From Utricularia gibba (lineage: Eukaryota; Plantae; Magnoliophyta), in assembly GCA_002189035.1 (NCBI GenBank), contig CM007991.1, positions 186,001-250,000 on the forward strand: DNA of 64,000 nucleotides, given 5' to 3'. The position numbers and the translations under genes are program-made. Shown here in pieces: positions 61,885-64,000 of the stretch; position 1 is the first letter of the stretch; each line of letters opens with the position of its first letter. The notes below the pieces were generated by a model. It saw nothing but the letters and a program-made list of their open reading frames with translations. It searched no databases and was not told where the DNA came from.

Positions 61885-64000
61885 ATGGCGAATGTGAACG
61901 ACTTTCTGTTCACGGAGGAGGAAATGGCTGTCGACGATCGTGTCGGTTATCCGAAAGCCTACGCGAAGCTTTGCTCTGAACGGGGCTTTGGCCCCTTCAG
62001 CCACGGACCGCCCTTCACGTTCACTCCTTACGCCTTGACTCATCAAGAGGTGAATTGCATGATAAAACTGGTGTGTGTGTGTGTGTTTCAAGAGATTGGG
62101 CTATGGATGTGGAGTCGAATCCCCTTGTGCTCTATCACATGCTCTGTTCACTTAGAACTGGATAGTTTGGGGGATTTTACTATGATATTATTCAGAATGG
62201 ATTTTCATCTCTTCCATTTTATCGGTCCGTTTCGAGGTATTTTCAGTAGGGACCATGTGATAGTCTCTGTTTTCGGGGGGTCTGCAGCAGTACCCTCAAG
62301 AGTTTATGGTTCTGTTGTGCCTGAGCTCTCACAAAACATTTCTTATTCTTATATTGTTGATCATTGCTTACTGAAATCGAATATGTTGGCTGAGTAAGTC
62401 GGTTTGACCTCCATTGTTGATCAATCATAGCACTACAGAGAGGTTTATGGGTTTATGTGTCCTTGCTGTGGTCATTTTTTCGCTCTTTCCTTTTAACTGC
62501 GGACAAGCTTTTAAACATCTTGCCATGATTATTCAGGACATAAGAACAAAGGAGGTAGATGACCTGTTCCCTGTCATTGATCCCAAGTTACAGCAAACGA
62601 CCAAGCCCAAGATCTTTTTGAGCCTCCTGTGGAAACAGCTCAATCATCTTGGGTAATAGCAATGGAGCTCAGTTTTAATTTTTCATCTCCAGAATGTATT
62701 TTTAAGGCTTTTGGAGTCGAAACCGTCGTCTTTTACAATGTTTGTACACTGAAACACATCAGAAGAGCAACTAATGTGGTTTGGCATCCAGGAACGCTGG
62801 ATTCGACCCAGAAGTGATCCGGGTTGATCCTTATGGTAATGTGTTATACTATCATGCCGATGCAGCTTCACCTCTGGCGTGGGAGATTGATCACTGGTAT
62901 CCTTGCTCCAGTAAGAACTGATATTCCTTGAGAAAAGAACAATGTAATAATCTATTGTGGTTGTGCATATAAAACTGTTTCGGACTTGCAGGGGGAGGAT
63001 TGACGATCCCGAGCAACCTCCGGATCTTACAATGGCAAGTATGCAAGAGGAAGCACAACAAGCTGGAGTTTCTTCTTCCGTGGTGGGATTTGCAGCTTGG
63101 CATTTCCATCAACCAGTTCTTGTCTATTTTTGCCTCTTCCAATTCAGATTTCAGGTCAGTTGCTGATAAGCAAATGAGGCATTGATTCAGATGCTCGTAT
63201 GCGTTGTTTTATAGACATAACGAATCCGAATTTCAGGCGAAGGGCATATTCATGGCTGTTCTCTGAAGGAGAAAGCCATGAGTTGCATGCTTCACAGACA
63301 GTTGATTGTCATGCATTTCCAAGGCATTTCTTGGAAGAAGAAAGGAAACTAGGACTTGCTCCTGCTGCATTGGTTCTCTGCAGGAAAGATCCTTCTGAAT
63401 CTCCATTAAGATCATTAGATTTTAACAGACGGCCAAGATCAAGCACCCCAATAGTTGGTTAGCCTCATTTTTTCTCAAACTGCTGTTGAAAATCGATCGA
63501 TTTCAGAATATGAACTGTTTCATTGTGGTTGTCCAGCGGTGAAGAAAACAAAGCAGCATGCTCTGAAAGAGAACCATGATCCGGTGATGGCCATGAACCC
63601 GCACCAAGCTATTGCCATGGCTAGAGACTCCTTGAAGCAGAGGGAAGCAGCAGCAAAGATGCAAGCAGAAATACAGAAACTAGATAGTGAGGCGAATGAA
63701 TTGCATCAAAGGAGTGAAGAGGAGAAGGTTTCCATTCAGGAGTTGGAAATCATTTTGATGAAGAAACAACGGCGAGCTGAGAAATGCCGCCGTCTTGCGG
63801 AATCACAGTCATCTTACAGGGTAATGCTGGAGAAGATGATCAGAGACGCCATGCACCAGTAAGCTAACCATTTAAATGCTCTGTTCATTTTCTCACTTTC
63901 CTAGTATGTAAACTCAAGACCTTGACACAAATCATGCACTGTTCAGGAATGTCATCTTTAAAGAGCAAATGAGGCTGAATCAAGCAGCAGCAAGTGCACT
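61885..64000 (+). CDS. Plant HNH-motif plus coiled-coil protein, 5' part only (continues beyond the window)
   Basis: GYPKAYAKLC...SHGPPFTFTPYAL, LWKQLNHLGNAGFDP, HNH-like WEIDHWYPCSRGGLTIPSNLRILQWQVC, PWWDLQLGISINQFLSIF and the coiled coil RRAEKCRRLAESQSSYRVMLEKMIRDAMHQ. Seven exons are in phase up to the window end. Confidence 0.78.

Overview
Gene-dense eudicot nuclear DNA with about 23 protein-coding genes in 64 kb (about 2.8 kb per gene). Most introns are 60-300 bp and several intergenic gaps are under 300 bp. This compaction is compatible with a miniature genome such as Lentibulariaceae, but the species cannot be fixed from the sequence alone. Gene order recalls the Arabidopsis At2g446-At2g451 / At3g602-At3g606 blocks (from memory): ATL4, CPN10, LPTD1, mtACP, RABH1, palmitoyl-protein thioesterase, ARABIDILLO, FKBP20-2, a DUF761 gene, DUO1, a TINY-type ERF, CCD7, NUP62, a small zinc-binding gene and a ZAT-type C2H2 gene. 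The most striking pattern is that eight otherwise intact genes each lack exactly one base, nearly always in a short homopolymer, including DUO1 and NUP62. The most parsimonious explanation is long-read consensus error rather than biology. Real candidates for a second look are an intronless SET-domain gene (probable retrogene) between ATL4 and CPN10, a truncated PMEI/invertase-inhibitor pseudogene, a conserved miR159 site in DUO1, two GC-AG introns, a probable LINE relic with a poly(A) end, and a ~90-bp-period tandem duplication. No tRNA, rRNA or CRISPR array was seen, and I found no well-supported new biological system. All homology calls are by recognition, not database search.
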